Shown in pieces: positions 28,406 through 37,282 of a DNA stretch of 64,000 nt. The stretch lies in NCBI GenBank assembly GCA_041398445.1, contig JAWKUR010000015.1, positions 16,852-80,851 of the forward strand, written 5' to 3'. A program made the translations under genes and the position numbers. Position 1 is the first letter of the stretch; every line of letters begins with the position of its first letter. The notes under the pieces were generated by a model. It saw nothing but the letters and a program-made list of their open reading frames with translations. It did not search any database and was not told the origin of the DNA. The DNA comes from Hyphomonas sp. GTDB taxonomy: Bacteria > Pseudomonadota > Alphaproteobacteria > Caulobacterales > Hyphomonadaceae.

Positions 28406-29467
28406 TTAATCCCAGAGCGCTCCCAGCATCAGCTGTTCGGCCCATGTTTCCCGCTGGGGCGAATATGCGGGTCCGCACCGGTCACAGACATGCTCGTGCA
28501 GCCTGCGCGCCAGCTGCCAGCTGGACTCCCCGGTCCGGCCACCGGCCTGCTCGACCGCCCCGACAATGAAGCGGAGCGTTTCTTCGTGCAGGTCGGCATT
28601 ATCCTTGCCTTTGGCTTCAGCAAGGCGCCAGCCGGCAGGATCCTGACGCAAGGCCAGCACCGCCCGTTCCACACCATCGCGCAGGACGTAAACCGCCATC
28701 CGGCCCGCCGCGATGTCTGCCGTGAAGTCTCGCAGGCAGTTACGGAACTCCAGTGCGACCTGGTCCAGCGTCTTCCGGTCCATAACCCGAAAGAAAGCCG
28801 GCGGCAGATCCGGAGGTGCCAGCATGTCCCCGAAACGGAGAGGCTGCAGGTCCTCAGCGGCCATGTCGAACAGACGCACGGAAGAAACAGCCCGCTCCCA
28901 CCGGCGTGCGATGGAAGCCGCCTGATCGATCCCACGCATACGAATGCTCAACCGGAAGGCATCAGCAAGATCATCCGCAGCCCCCTGTCGCGCAGGAATA
29001 TGCCGAATGATCCTCGGCACCCGGAGCAATAACGGGAGACGGCGGAGAAGCTGGAGCTGGTCCGGCCGGAGATCCTCGGAGTGCCGTAACACCTGAGCCG
29101 TGCTCTCATCAGAAAAGAGAGACAGGAACAGGTCGTAGTCCGCCGCGTCCCAAAGGAGTTCCCCAAGCCGTGCAAGCACCTTCAGCAACCCGCCCGGCGC
29201 TTGCCCATGCATGAGCCACTTCGCAACGTCGCTGTCCTTGCCGTATTCAACGACACGGACGATGTCTTCCACATCCATGTCCCGTGCGAGCAGGATCGCC
29301 GCTGCGTGACGACGCGCTGCCGGCAAGGCCAGAAAGCCAGCATGTGGCGCAGGCCATACCATGGCGAGCGCCTCAGCATGGTTCCCGGCCAGGAACCGGA
29401 GCAAGGGCGTCATGGCGCCGGAACGGCCATGCGGCCGCACAAGACGCCGGGTCATGGGATTGCCCAT
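28406..29467 (-). CDS. Hypothetical protein with C-terminal PcfJ-like domain
   Basis: GGAGGT RBS; C-terminal L..VALEFRNCLRDF...G.MAVYVLR...W.LAEAKG.DN pattern resembles PcfJ; terminal HEHVCDRC. Confidence 0.65.
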   Translation of the reverse strand: MGNPMTRRLVRPHGRSGAMTPLLRFLAGNHAEALAMVWPAPHAGFLALPAARRHAAAILLARDMDVEDIVRVVEYGKDSDVAKWLMHGQAPGGLLKVLARLGELLWDAADYDLFLSLFSDESTAQVLRHSEDLRPDQLQLLRRLPLLLRVPRIIRHIPARQGAADDLADAFRLSIRMRGIDQAASIARRWERAVSSVRLFDMAAEDLQPLRFGDMLAPPDLPPAFFRVMDRKTLDQVALEFRNCLRDFTADIAAGRMAVYVLRDGVERAVLALRQDPAGWRLAEAKGKDNADLHEETLRFIVGAVEQAGGRTGESSWQLARRLHEHVCDRCGPAYSPQRETWAEQLMLGALWD

Positions 29468-29542
29468 GATCCACCTCCATTCGAATCGGCCAGACAGGAG
29501 AAATCTGTCTGTAGCCTGATTGAAATCAGATTTTCTGTGAGG

Positions 29543-29632
29543 TCAGACGTCCACCGGCAAACGCGCGGGGGACGCTGACAGCGCTCCCCATCGACTGAGG
29601 AGCAGGTTTGTGGCTTCACAACCGTGCTTCAT
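29543..29632 (-). CDS. Putative 29-aa leader uORF (MKHGCEATNLLLSRWGALSASPARLPVDV) upstream of the PcfJ-like gene
   Basis: ATG at 29632 to TGA at 29543, read by hand; weak GGA RBS; lies between promoter and gene. Confidence 0.35.
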   Translation of the reverse strand: MKHGCEATNLLLSRWGALSASPARLPVDV

Positions 29633-29698
29633 CTGCTTGATCCGTTGGTTAGCTCAGACAGATATCCGAATACGGAAGACTGGCTGAAGAGAAATTGG

Positions 29699-29728
29699 CG
29701 TATAAGGCGTATGCGGGGCGGGCGTCAA
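29699..29728 (-). promoter_or_regulatory. Sigma70-type promoter for the PcfJ-like gene
   Basis: TTGACG-N18-TATACG on minus strand; same -35 as the ribosomal promoters in this window. Confidence 0.6.
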
Positions 29729-29789
29729 GGAAAAATCGGGATTTCCGATCTCCCCCTGGCTGCCGCGCTGCCGATCGGCTTAGCGTGCC

Positions 29790-29880
29790 CGCCCTCACCG
29801 CGTGGCGGTGAGGCGTTCGAGGCTCAAATCGATCCACTGGATCGATTTGCCGTACGTCACACGGACGCCTCTCACCCCTT
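29790..29880 (-). repeat. REP-like multi-hairpin palindromic element abutting the rtcB stop
   Basis: caaatcgatcc-act-ggatcgatttg, cctcaccgc-gtg-gcggtgagg, ccgt-N7-acgg. Confidence 0.55.
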
Positions 29881-31083
29881 CACGCACACAACCTGTTTTA
29901 GCGTGTGGACAATCTCCACAAGGTCTGACTGCGCAGCCATGACGGCGTCGATGTCCTTGTAGGCCATCGGCGTTTCATCGATGACGCCAGCATCCTTGCG
30001 GCATTCCACACCCGCCGTTGCGGCGAGATGGTCCTCCACCGTGAAGGTGCGCTTGGCTTCACTGCGGGACATCGTCCGCCCTGCCCCGTGCGAGCACGAG
30101 CAGAAAGAGTCCGCATGCCCCTTTCCACGCACGATGAAGGATTTCGCCCCCATCGAACCCGGAATGATGCCCAGCTCACCCACCTTGGCGCTGACGGCAC
30201 CCTTACGGGTAACCCAGACATTGGCACCGAAGTGGTGTTCCCGCTCGACGTAGTTGTGGTGGCAATTCACCGCCATCTTGTCGAGCGCGAAAGCCGGAAA
30301 ATGATCACGCAAAGCAATCAGTACCCGGTCCATCATCACTTCGCGGTTGAGGCGCGCATAGTCCTGCGCCCAGCCGACAGCCATCACATAGTCGTCGAAC
30401 AATTCCTCCCCTTCCATAAAGAAGGCGAGATCCTTGTCCGGCACATGATAGCCGAGAACCCGCTTCTCCAAAGCCTCACGGGCTTCCTGGATGAAGTAGG
30501 TCCCGAGGATGTTGCCCGTTCCGCGCGAACCGGAATGGAGCATCACCCAGACGCGATCCTCCTCATCGAGACAAAGCTCAATGAAGTGGTTCCCGCCCCC
30601 AAGCGTGCCGAGCTGTTTGGCAAACGCTGTGCGCTGGATACGCTTGTGCTTGCCGGTAATCAGTTCCAGCCGCTCATTGAGGCCTGAGGCACGCAAGGCC
30701 GTGGTGGCGCGCGTGGGGGCTTCCTTGTGGTTGCCACCGCGCCCGTTTCCCACCGGCACCTTCCGTTCAATCTCGTCGCGGACGGCGGCCAGGCTGTCCG
30801 GCAACTGGGGCGCCGTCAGGCTGGTGCGTACCGCCATCATGCCGCAACCGATGTCGACACCGACAGCAGCCGGAATGATCGCCCCCTTGGTCGGGATCAC
30901 CGATCCAACAGTCGCGCCGCGCCCGAAATGCACGTCCGGCATCACGGCGAGGTGGGAATGCACGAACGGCAGGCCGGCAACATTCTCCAGCTGCTCGCGC
31001 GCGGCATCTTCCACCGGCACACCTTTCACCCAGGCCTTGATGCGGCCCCCGGCAAAGGTTTCGAACGCTTCAAATTCACTCAT
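29872..31083 (-). CDS. rtcB: RNA-splicing/repair ligase RtcB
   Basis: MPDVH, VGVDIGCG, GTLGGGNHF, LHSGSRG, HHNY, RKGA, PGSMG, SHGAGR, DETPMAYK. Confidence 0.96.
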   Translation of the reverse strand: MSEFEAFETFAGGRIKAWVKGVPVEDAAREQLENVAGLPFVHSHLAVMPDVHFGRGATVGSVIPTKGAIIPAAVGVDIGCGMMAVRTSLTAPQLPDSLAAVRDEIERKVPVGNGRGGNHKEAPTRATTALRASGLNERLELITGKHKRIQRTAFAKQLGTLGGGNHFIELCLDEEDRVWVMLHSGSRGTGNILGTYFIQEAREALEKRVLGYHVPDKDLAFFMEGEELFDDYVMAVGWAQDYARLNREVMMDRVLIALRDHFPAFALDKMAVNCHHNYVEREHHFGANVWVTRKGAVSAKVGELGIIPGSMGAKSFIVRGKGHADSFCSCSHGAGRTMSRSEAKRTFTVEDHLAATAGVECRKDAGVIDETPMAYKDIDAVMAAQSDLVEIVHTLKQVVCVKG

Positions 31084-31155
31084 CGTCTTTTGGTCTGGGG
31101 ATACAGACCCCTCCTTATCTAGCCCGCCGCGCGGCCCCTTCGGATTTCAGACAAG

Positions 31156-31186
31156 AAAAAACCCTCCGGGCGTTACGCGCGGAGGG
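31156..31186 (-). terminator. Intrinsic terminator (attenuator) inside the rtcB leader
   Basis: Minus strand CCCTCCG-cgcgtaacgcc-CGGAGGG-TTTTTT, located between promoter and rtcB start. Confidence 0.8.
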
Positions 31187-31228
31187 CGGCAAAAGACCCT
31201 TCCAGGTCCCGGGACTGACTGTCAGCCC

Positions 31229-31315
31229 CTATCCAGCAACCTCCATGCAGAATCGCTCGCTGCCCTCGTACAGGGCTGCGTCGTTCCTTGGTTGATTGAG
31301 ATACCGATTGGTCAT
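31229..31315 (-). CDS. Putative 28-aa rtcB leader peptide MTNRYLNQPRNDAALYEGSERFCMEVAG
   Basis: GGAG RBS upstream of ATG 31315; TAG at 31231-31229; lies between promoter and terminator. Confidence 0.6.
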   Translation of the reverse strand: MTNRYLNQPRNDAALYEGSERFCMEVAG

Positions 31316-31344
31316 CGGGGGTCTCCGTTGCTGAATGGAGGCGC

Positions 31345-31373
31345 CGTATGATGGAACGCGCCGCATGCGTCAA
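31345..31373 (-). promoter_or_regulatory. Sigma70-type promoter of rtcB
   Basis: TTGACG-N17-CATACG immediately after the rplQ terminator. Confidence 0.65.
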
Positions 31374-31383
31374 CCGAAAAAAT

Positions 31384-31416
31384 AAAGAACCCCGGAGCGA
31401 AACTCCGGGGTTCTTT
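31384..31416 (-). terminator. Alpha-operon (rplQ) terminator
   Basis: aaagaaccccggag-cgaaa-ctccggggttcttt with A-rich flank. Confidence 0.9.
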
Positions 31417-31446
31417 GATTTCCTTGCGGAAAAATCTCTGCTCGGA

Positions 31447-31866
31447 TTATTCGCCGGCTTCGAGTTCAGCCTCGTGGCGTGCCTTGTCAGCGGCGCCCTT
31501 GGCAGACTCGTCACGATCAACGAGTTCCAGAACAGCAACCGGTGCGTTGTCGCCATGGCGGAAGCCGGCTTTCAGCACGCGGGTGTAGCCGCCATTACGG
31601 TCCTTGTAACGCTCGCCGAACACGTCGAACAGCTTGCGGACAGCGTCTTCGTTGCGGACCTTGGAGAGGGCCTGACGACGGGCAGCCAGGTCACCCTTCT
31701 TGGCGAGGGTCACCAGCTTGTCCATCAGCGGGGCCATTTCCTTGGCCTTCGGCAGAGTCGTAACGATCTGCTCGTGCTCGATCAGGCTTGCGGCCATGTT
31801 GGCGAACATCGCCTTCCGGTGGGAAGTCGATTTGTTCAGAATTCTGTGTCCGAGGCGATGGCGCAT
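31447..31866 (-). CDS. rplQ: 50S ribosomal protein L17
   Basis: MRHR...TTLPKAKE...GGYTRVLK. Confidence 0.98.
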   Translation of the reverse strand: MRHRLGHRILNKSTSHRKAMFANMAASLIEHEQIVTTLPKAKEMAPLMDKLVTLAKKGDLAARRQALSKVRNEDAVRKLFDVFGERYKDRNGGYTRVLKAGFRHGDNAPVAVLELVDRDESAKGAADKARHEAELEAGE

Positions 31867-31915
31867 TGTGCTTATCCTTCAGGAGGTGGTCAGGCCCCCG
31901 TCTGAGTTTCGGGTC

Positions 31916-32953
31916 CTATAGGTGGTCGTCGTATTTCTTGGCAAGGCCTTCGATGTCTTCAGGCGGCCAATCCGGCACTTCCATGCCGAGGTGGAGGCCA
32001 AGACCAGCGAGGACTTCCTTGATCTCGTTCAGCGACTTGCGGCCGAAGTTCGGAGTGCGAAGCATTTCCGCTTCCGACTTCTGGATCAGGTCGCCAATGT
32101 AAACGATGTTGTCGTTCTTCAGGCAGTTTGCCGAACGCACGGAGAGTTCCAGCTCGTCCACCTTCTTGAGGAGGACCGGGTTGAAGCCGAGGTCGGTTTC
32201 TTCCGTCTGGGTGCCGGCTTCCAGCGTCGGTTCTTCGAAATTGATGAAGAGCTGCAGCTGGTCTTGCAGGATACGTGCGGCATAAGCCACAGCGTCTTCC
32301 GGCGTCACAGAACCATCGGTTTCGATGTCGAGGGTCAGCTTATCGAAGTCGAGCTTCGTGCCTTCACGGGTGTCTTCCACCTGATAGCCAACACGGCGCA
32401 CAGGCGAATAGATCGCGTCGATCGGGATATAGCCGATCGGTGCATCTTCCGGACGGTGTGCATCTGCCGGGACATAGCCCTTGCCGGTCGCAATGGTGAA
32501 TTCCATGCGCACTTCAGCGCCCTCATCGAGGGTACAGATGACGTGGTCAGGATTGAGGATCTTGGTATCGCCGGAAGCTTCGATCTGGCCAGCTTTCACT
32601 TCGCCAGGACCGGTTGCCTTCAGCACCATGCGCTTCGGCGTGTCGCTCTCCATGAAGATTGCGACCTGCTTCAGGTTCAGGACGATCGTGGTGACGTCTT
32701 CACGCACGCCCGGAATAGCGGAGAATTCGTGAACGACGTTGTCGATCTGGACGCCGATGATGGCAGCGCCCTGCAGAGAAGAGAGCAGCACGCGGCGCAG
32801 GGCGTTGCCCAGCGTCGTACCATAGCCACGCTCCAGCGGCTCGATGACGAGCTTCGCCTTGCGCTTCGGGTCGTATCCAGCCTGAACCACCGGGCGATTC
32901 GGGCGGATCAGCTCTTTCCAGTTACGGTCGTTGACGGCGGTGTTCTCTGCCAT
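31916..32953 (-). CDS. rpoA: RNA polymerase alpha subunit
   Basis: [22 protein letters not shown]; [11 protein letters not shown]. Confidence 0.98.
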   Translation of the reverse strand: MAENTAVNDRNWKELIRPNRPVVQAGYDPKRKAKLVIEPLERGYGTTLGNALRRVLLSSLQGAAIIGVQIDNVVHEFSAIPGVREDVTTIVLNLKQVAIFMESDTPKRMVLKATGPGEVKAGQIEASGDTKILNPDHVICTLDEGAEVRMEFTIATGKGYVPADAHRPEDAPIGYIPIDAIYSPVRRVGYQVEDTREGTKLDFDKLTLDIETDGSVTPEDAVAYAARILQDQLQLFINFEEPTLEAGTQTEETDLGFNPVLLKKVDELELSVRSANCLKNDNIVYIGDLIQKSEAEMLRTPNFGRKSLNEIKEVLAGLGLHLGMEVPDWPPEDIEGLAKKYDDHL

Positions 32954-33020
32954 GTGTGGCGATCCTCAAAAATCGGATGGCGGCGCGATATGGTCGCGCC
33001 ACCGGGAAAATTCAATCCGT

Positions 33021-33410
33021 TTAGACGCGGCGGCGCTTCGGCGGGCGGCAGCCATTGTGCGGGATCGGCGTGGTGTCGCTGATCGCCGTCACAGTGAGGC
33101 CGGCAGCCTGAAGGGCACGCAGGGCGCTCTCACGGCCCGAACCCGGACCACGCACCAGAACCTCAACGGTCTGCAGGCCGTGTTCCATTGCTTTCTTGGC
33201 AGCATCTTCAGCAGCCATCTGGGCAGCATACGGGGTCGATTTACGCGAACCCTTGAAGCCCATCGTGCCCGAGGACGACCAGGAAATCGTGTTTCCCTGT
33301 GCGTCGGTGATGGTCACCATGGTGTTGTTGAAGCTGGAGTTCACATGAACAACACCCGAAGTGATGTTCTTGCGCTCTTTGCGGCGGACGCGGGTCGTCT
33401 CACGAGCCAT
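33021..33410 (-). CDS. rpsK: 30S ribosomal protein S11
   Basis: [13 protein letters not shown]; [13 protein letters not shown]. Confidence 0.98.
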   Translation of the reverse strand: MARETTRVRRKERKNITSGVVHVNSSFNNTMVTITDAQGNTISWSSSGTMGFKGSRKSTPYAAQMAAEDAAKKAMEHGLQTVEVLVRGPGSGRESALRALQAAGLTVTAISDTTPIPHNGCRPPKRRRV

Positions 33411-33422
33411 TTCGAACTACCC

Positions 33423-33791
33423 TTACTTCTTCTTGCCGGCGATCGGCTTGGCCGGGCCCTTGCGGGTACGGGCGTTGGTGTGCGTACGCTGGCCGCGAAC
33501 CGGCAGCTTGCGGCGATGACGCAGGCCACGATAGCAGCCGAGATCCATCAGGCGTTTGATGTTCATCGAAGTCTCACGACGCAGGTCACCTTCGACCATG
33601 TAATCGGAGTCGATGGTTTCACGGATCTTGATGACTTCAGCGTCGGTCAGCTCGTTCACGCGGCGCGTCTCATCAACGCCCACCTTGTCGCAGATTTCCT
33701 TCGCGAAAGCCGGACCAATGCCATGGATGTACCGCAGCGCAATAACGACGCGCTTATTGGTCGGGATGTTTACGCCTGCAATACGGGCCAA
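33423..33791 (-). CDS. rpsM: 30S ribosomal protein S13
   Basis: MARIAGV...[17 protein letters not shown]. Confidence 0.98.
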   Translation of the reverse strand: MARIAGVNIPTNKRVVIALRYIHGIGPAFAKEICDKVGVDETRRVNELTDAEVIKIRETIDSDYMVEGDLRRETSMNIKRLMDLGCYRGLRHRRKLPVRGQRTHTNARTRKGPAKPIAGKKK

Positions 33792-33895
33792 AGCCGGTTC
33801 TCCTCAAGCGGACTGTTCAAACATTAAAAGCGCGCCGAGCCGGAAATCGGTCCGCCTCGCGCGCCGGCGATTAAGCCTTAAGCTAAGAATGGAGG

Positions 33896-33923
33896 CTTAT
33901 AACTGCGGAAATTAACGCGTCAA
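33896..33923 (-). promoter_or_regulatory. Alpha-operon promoter
   Basis: TTGACG-N16-TATAAG upstream of rpsM. Confidence 0.6.
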
Positions 33924-33939
33924 CAGCGGAATCCCAGCT

Positions 33940-34509
33940 TTATGCCGTCTCTTTCAGCGCATTGTCGATCTGTGTCGCGACAGCCTCAATCGCAGCCATT
34001 CCATCGACTTCCGTGAGGATGCCACGCTCTGCATAGATCGGCACCAGCGGAGCGGTATCCTCGTAATACTTCTCAAGACGTTTCGAGAAGGTTGCCGGAT
34101 TGTCGTCCTTACGTCCCTGCTCTTCAAAACGCTTGGTCACACGCTCCAGAAGCTGCTCGTCATCGACCACCAGGCGGATGACACGGTGAACTTCCGAGCT
34201 ACGCGACTTCAGAAGCTCGTCCAGAGCTGCCGCCTGCCCGACCGTACGGGGAAAGCCATCGAAGATGAAACCCGCAGCGCCCTTGTGAGCGGTGAGCTGT
34301 TCGTCGATGAGGGCGATCACGATCTCGTCGGAGACAAGACCACCTTCATCCATGATGGTGGCGACACGCTGGCCAAGCTCAGAGCCGGACGCGCGCGCAG
34401 CGCGCAACATGTCTCCGGTGGAGAGCTGGATAAAGCCACGCTCCTCAACCAGGCGTTTTGCCTGCGTGCCCTTCCCGGCCGCAGGCGGCCCGAACAGAAT
34501 TAGGTTCAT
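33940..34509 (-). CDS. adk: Adenylate kinase (short, LID-less form)
   Basis: GPPAAGKGTQ, STGDMLR, DGFPRT, GRKDD. Confidence 0.96.
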   Translation of the reverse strand: MNLILFGPPAAGKGTQAKRLVEERGFIQLSTGDMLRAARASGSELGQRVATIMDEGGLVSDEIVIALIDEQLTAHKGAAGFIFDGFPRTVGQAAALDELLKSRSSEVHRVIRLVVDDEQLLERVTKRFEEQGRKDDNPATFSKRLEKYYEDTAPLVPIYAERGILTEVDGMAAIEAVATQIDNALKETA

Positions 34510-35864
34510 CTTTTACGGCCCCCGAGCTTCGACTTCTTGATCATGCCTTCATATTGATGCGCAATCAAATGCGACTGTATCTGCGTCACGGTGTCCATTG
34601 TCACCGACACCACGATCAGCAGCGACGTCCCCCCGATATAGAATGGGATCTCGGGAAAATACCGCCGAAGCAGTTCGGGCAGAACACAGACAAAGGTCAG
34701 ATAAAGCGCACCGATAACGGTAAGGCGAGTCAGCACATAGTCGAAGTAGGCTGCCGTATTCGAGCCAGGACGAATCCCCGGGATAAAACCGCCATATTTC
34801 CGGAGGTTATCTGCCGTTTCCTCGGGATTAAACATGATCGAGGTGTAGAAGAAGGTAAAGAAGATCACCAGCACACAATAGGAAATGATGTGCGTCCACG
34901 TGCCGGCAGAGAAGTTGGCCGCCAGCCAGGACAGAGCACCGTTGACCTCGCCATCACCTGCCGCGCCAGCTGCATTCCCGCCCATGAAACCAACAATGGT
35001 CAGGGGCAGCATCAGCAGTGCCGACGCGAAGATTGGGGGAATCACGCCAGCCGTGTTGATCTTCAGCGGCAGGAAGCTCTTCTGTCCCTGCGCAAAACCA
35101 TGCGCCTGCTGGCGCTTCGGATACTGGATCAGCAGCCTGCGCTGCGAGCGTTCCATGAACACGATAAACACAACCAGTGCGATCACCATGGCGGCGATGG
35201 CGATGACGAACACAATGTTCACCGATGTCGCGCGCGCCTGGCTAATCAGGTTCACAATTGCTTTCGGCAGTTCTGCAACGATACCGGAGAAGATGATCAG
35301 TGAGACACCGTTGCCAATGCCTCGTGCCGTGATCTGCTCCCCCATCCACATCAGCAGCATCGTGCCGCCCGTCAGGGTGACAACACCGGTAAGGATGAAG
35401 AACGGCCCGGAAATGCCGTCGATCCGGACATGCGAGAGGCCGGACGCTATTGCGAAAGACTGAACCAGCGCGAAAGCAAGCGTCAGATAGCGAGTATACT
35501 GGTTGATCTGCTTGCGGCCCGCCTCGCCTTCCTTCTTCAGCTTTTCAAGCGTCGGAGAGGCCTGGGTCATCATCTGGATGATGATGGATGCCGTGATGTA
35601 AGGCATCACATTCAGGGCGAAGATCCCCATCCGCTCCACAGCACCACCGGCAAACATGTTCATGTTGCCCAGCAGGCCGCCAGCCTGGCTTTCAAAGATC
35701 GAAGCGTAAGCGACCGGATCAAGCCCCGGAATCGGGACGAACGTACCGAGCCGGAAGAGCAGCAACATGCCCAGAGTAAACAGGATGCGATTCTGGAGAT
35801 CCTTGGCCTTGGCGAAGGTTCCCAGATTTACATTGCGAGCCATCTGTTCTGCGGCATTGGCCAT
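34506..35864 (-). CDS. secY: Preprotein translocase SecY
   Basis: PYITASII, GIGNGVSL, FIPGIRPG, GGTSLLI. Confidence 0.98.
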   Translation of the reverse strand: MANAAEQMARNVNLGTFAKAKDLQNRILFTLGMLLLFRLGTFVPIPGLDPVAYASIFESQAGGLLGNMNMFAGGAVERMGIFALNVMPYITASIIIQMMTQASPTLEKLKKEGEAGRKQINQYTRYLTLAFALVQSFAIASGLSHVRIDGISGPFFILTGVVTLTGGTMLLMWMGEQITARGIGNGVSLIIFSGIVAELPKAIVNLISQARATSVNIVFVIAIAAMVIALVVFIVFMERSQRRLLIQYPKRQQAHGFAQGQKSFLPLKINTAGVIPPIFASALLMLPLTIVGFMGGNAAGAAGDGEVNGALSWLAANFSAGTWTHIISYCVLVIFFTFFYTSIMFNPEETADNLRKYGGFIPGIRPGSNTAAYFDYVLTRLTVIGALYLTFVCVLPELLRRYFPEIPFYIGGTSLLIVVSVTMDTVTQIQSHLIAHQYEGMIKKSKLGGRKR

Positions 35865-35952
35865 CGACGCTCGATCTCCCTGAAAATGCGTGCGCCGCCA
35901 AAATCGGCGGCGTCACGGTGTTTGTGAAGGGGTTCCGGGTAAAAACCGCTGT

Positions 35953-36432
35953 TTATTCTGCAGCCGTGTCTTTCGAGGCACCCGTAACCGTCACCTTGCC
36001 GCCAGCCTTTTCAACGGCTTCGATGGCAGCCTTGGAGGCACCGGTCACTGTGATGTTGAGGTTTTTCGGCGCCGGCCCCTTGGCCAGCAGGCGAACGCCG
36101 TCGCGGACGTTGCGCACGAGGCCGGAAGCGACCAGCGTCTCTTCGGTCACGTTCGACGCGTCCAGCTTGCCAGCTTCAACAGCCTTGGTAACGCGGCCCA
36201 GGTTGACCCAGGACATCGTCTTCTGGCCGCGCGGCGTGAAGCCACGCTTCGGCAGGCGCATGTAGATTGGCATCTGGCCGCCTTCGAAGCCATTGATGGC
36301 AACGCCGGAACGGGCCTTCTGACCTTTGACACCGCGGCCACCCGTCTTGCCCTTGCCCGAGCCGACGCCGCGGCCGATGCGCATGCGCTGCTTGGTGGAG
36401 CCTTCAGCGGGGGACAGTTCGTTGAGTTTCAT
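35953..36432 (-). CDS. rplO: 50S ribosomal protein L15
   Basis: MKLNEL...[11 protein letters not shown]...FEGGQMP. Confidence 0.97.
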   Translation of the reverse strand: MKLNELSPAEGSTKQRMRIGRGVGSGKGKTGGRGVKGQKARSGVAINGFEGGQMPIYMRLPKRGFTPRGQKTMSWVNLGRVTKAVEAGKLDASNVTEETLVASGLVRNVRDGVRLLAKGPAPKNLNITVTGASKAAIEAVEKAGGKVTVTGASKDTAAE

Positions 36433-36489
36433 CGTTCTATCTTCCGATACGTCTTGATGGTTGGGGCGGCGGCGATGCGGCACGAGGCC

Positions 36490-36675
36490 TTATTCGCCGA
36501 CCACCTCGACCAGGTGGGCCACTTTGCGGATCATGCCGCGCACGGCCGGAGTGTCTTCGAGTTCCTTGGTCCGGCCGACCTTGTTCAGGCCGAGGCCGAC
36601 CAGCGTCTGGCGCTGTTCAGGCTTGCGGCCGATCGGGCTGCCGGTCTGGCGGACGGTAAGCTTGGCTTTCGACAT
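36490..36675 (-). CDS. rpmD: 50S ribosomal protein L30
   Basis: QTGSPIGR...GLGL...[11 protein letters not shown]. Confidence 0.97.
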   Translation of the reverse strand: MSKAKLTVRQTGSPIGRKPEQRQTLVGLGLNKVGRTKELEDTPAVRGMIRKVAHLVEVVGE

Positions 36676-36695
36676 GTCGTTACCCTTCCCTAGGC

Positions 36696-37271
36696 TCAGG
36701 CTTCAACGACGCCGGCTTCCGACGCACCATCGGTGCGGCGGCCAACCACGTCCTGGACTTTCAGGCCACGCTTGGAAGCGACGGAACGCGGGCTGGCCTG
36801 TTCCTTCAGAGCGTCAAAGGTAGCACGGACCATGTTGTACGGGTTCGAGGAGCCGATCGACTTGCCGACGACGTCATGGACACCCAGCACTTCCATAACG
36901 GCACGCATCGGACCGCCAGCGATCACACCGGTACCGGGAGGTGCTGCGCGCAGCACGACCTTGCCAGCGCCCCAACGGCCTTTGCCGTCATGGTGCAGCG
37001 TGCGGCCTTCGCGCAGCGGGATGCGAACCATGTTGCGCTTGGCTTCTTCCGTCGCCTTGCGGATCGCTTCCGGAACTTCGCGGGCTTTACCCTTGCCGAA
37101 GCCGGCACGGCCCTTCTGGTCACCAACCACGACGAGGGCTGCGAAACCGAAGTTCTTACCACCCTTCACGGTCTTGGCGACGCGGTTGATGCCAACCAGC
37201 TTGTCGACGAATTCAGACTGCTCCTCGTCGCGATCGCGATTCCGGCGGCCTCTTCCTCTTTCTTCAGCCAT
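36696..37271 (-). CDS. rpsE: 30S ribosomal protein S5
   Basis: [29 protein letters not shown]. Confidence 0.98.
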   Translation of the reverse strand: MAEERGRGRRNRDRDEEQSEFVDKLVGINRVAKTVKGGKNFGFAALVVVGDQKGRAGFGKGKAREVPEAIRKATEEAKRNMVRIPLREGRTLHHDGKGRWGAGKVVLRAAPPGTGVIAGGPMRAVMEVLGVHDVVGKSIGSSNPYNMVRATFDALKEQASPRSVASKRGLKVQDVVGRRTDGASEAGVVEA

Positions 37272-37282
37272 AGGGCCTCTCC

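Noticed and set aside
29468-29500. GATTCGAAT T-loop-like sequence suggesting a tRNA or Y RNA next to rtcB
   Set aside because: No acceptor, D or anticodon arms could be built around it, and it abuts the RBS of the downstream gene.
31084-31446. Sigma54 (-24/-12) promoter expected for rtcB
   Set aside because: No TGGCAC-N5-TTGC seen on the minus strand and no rtcR in the window; a sigma70-type promoter is present instead.
31447-35864. Absence of rpsD, rpmJ and infA from the alpha/spc clusters; LID-less adk
   Set aside because: Common arrangements in Alphaproteobacteria.
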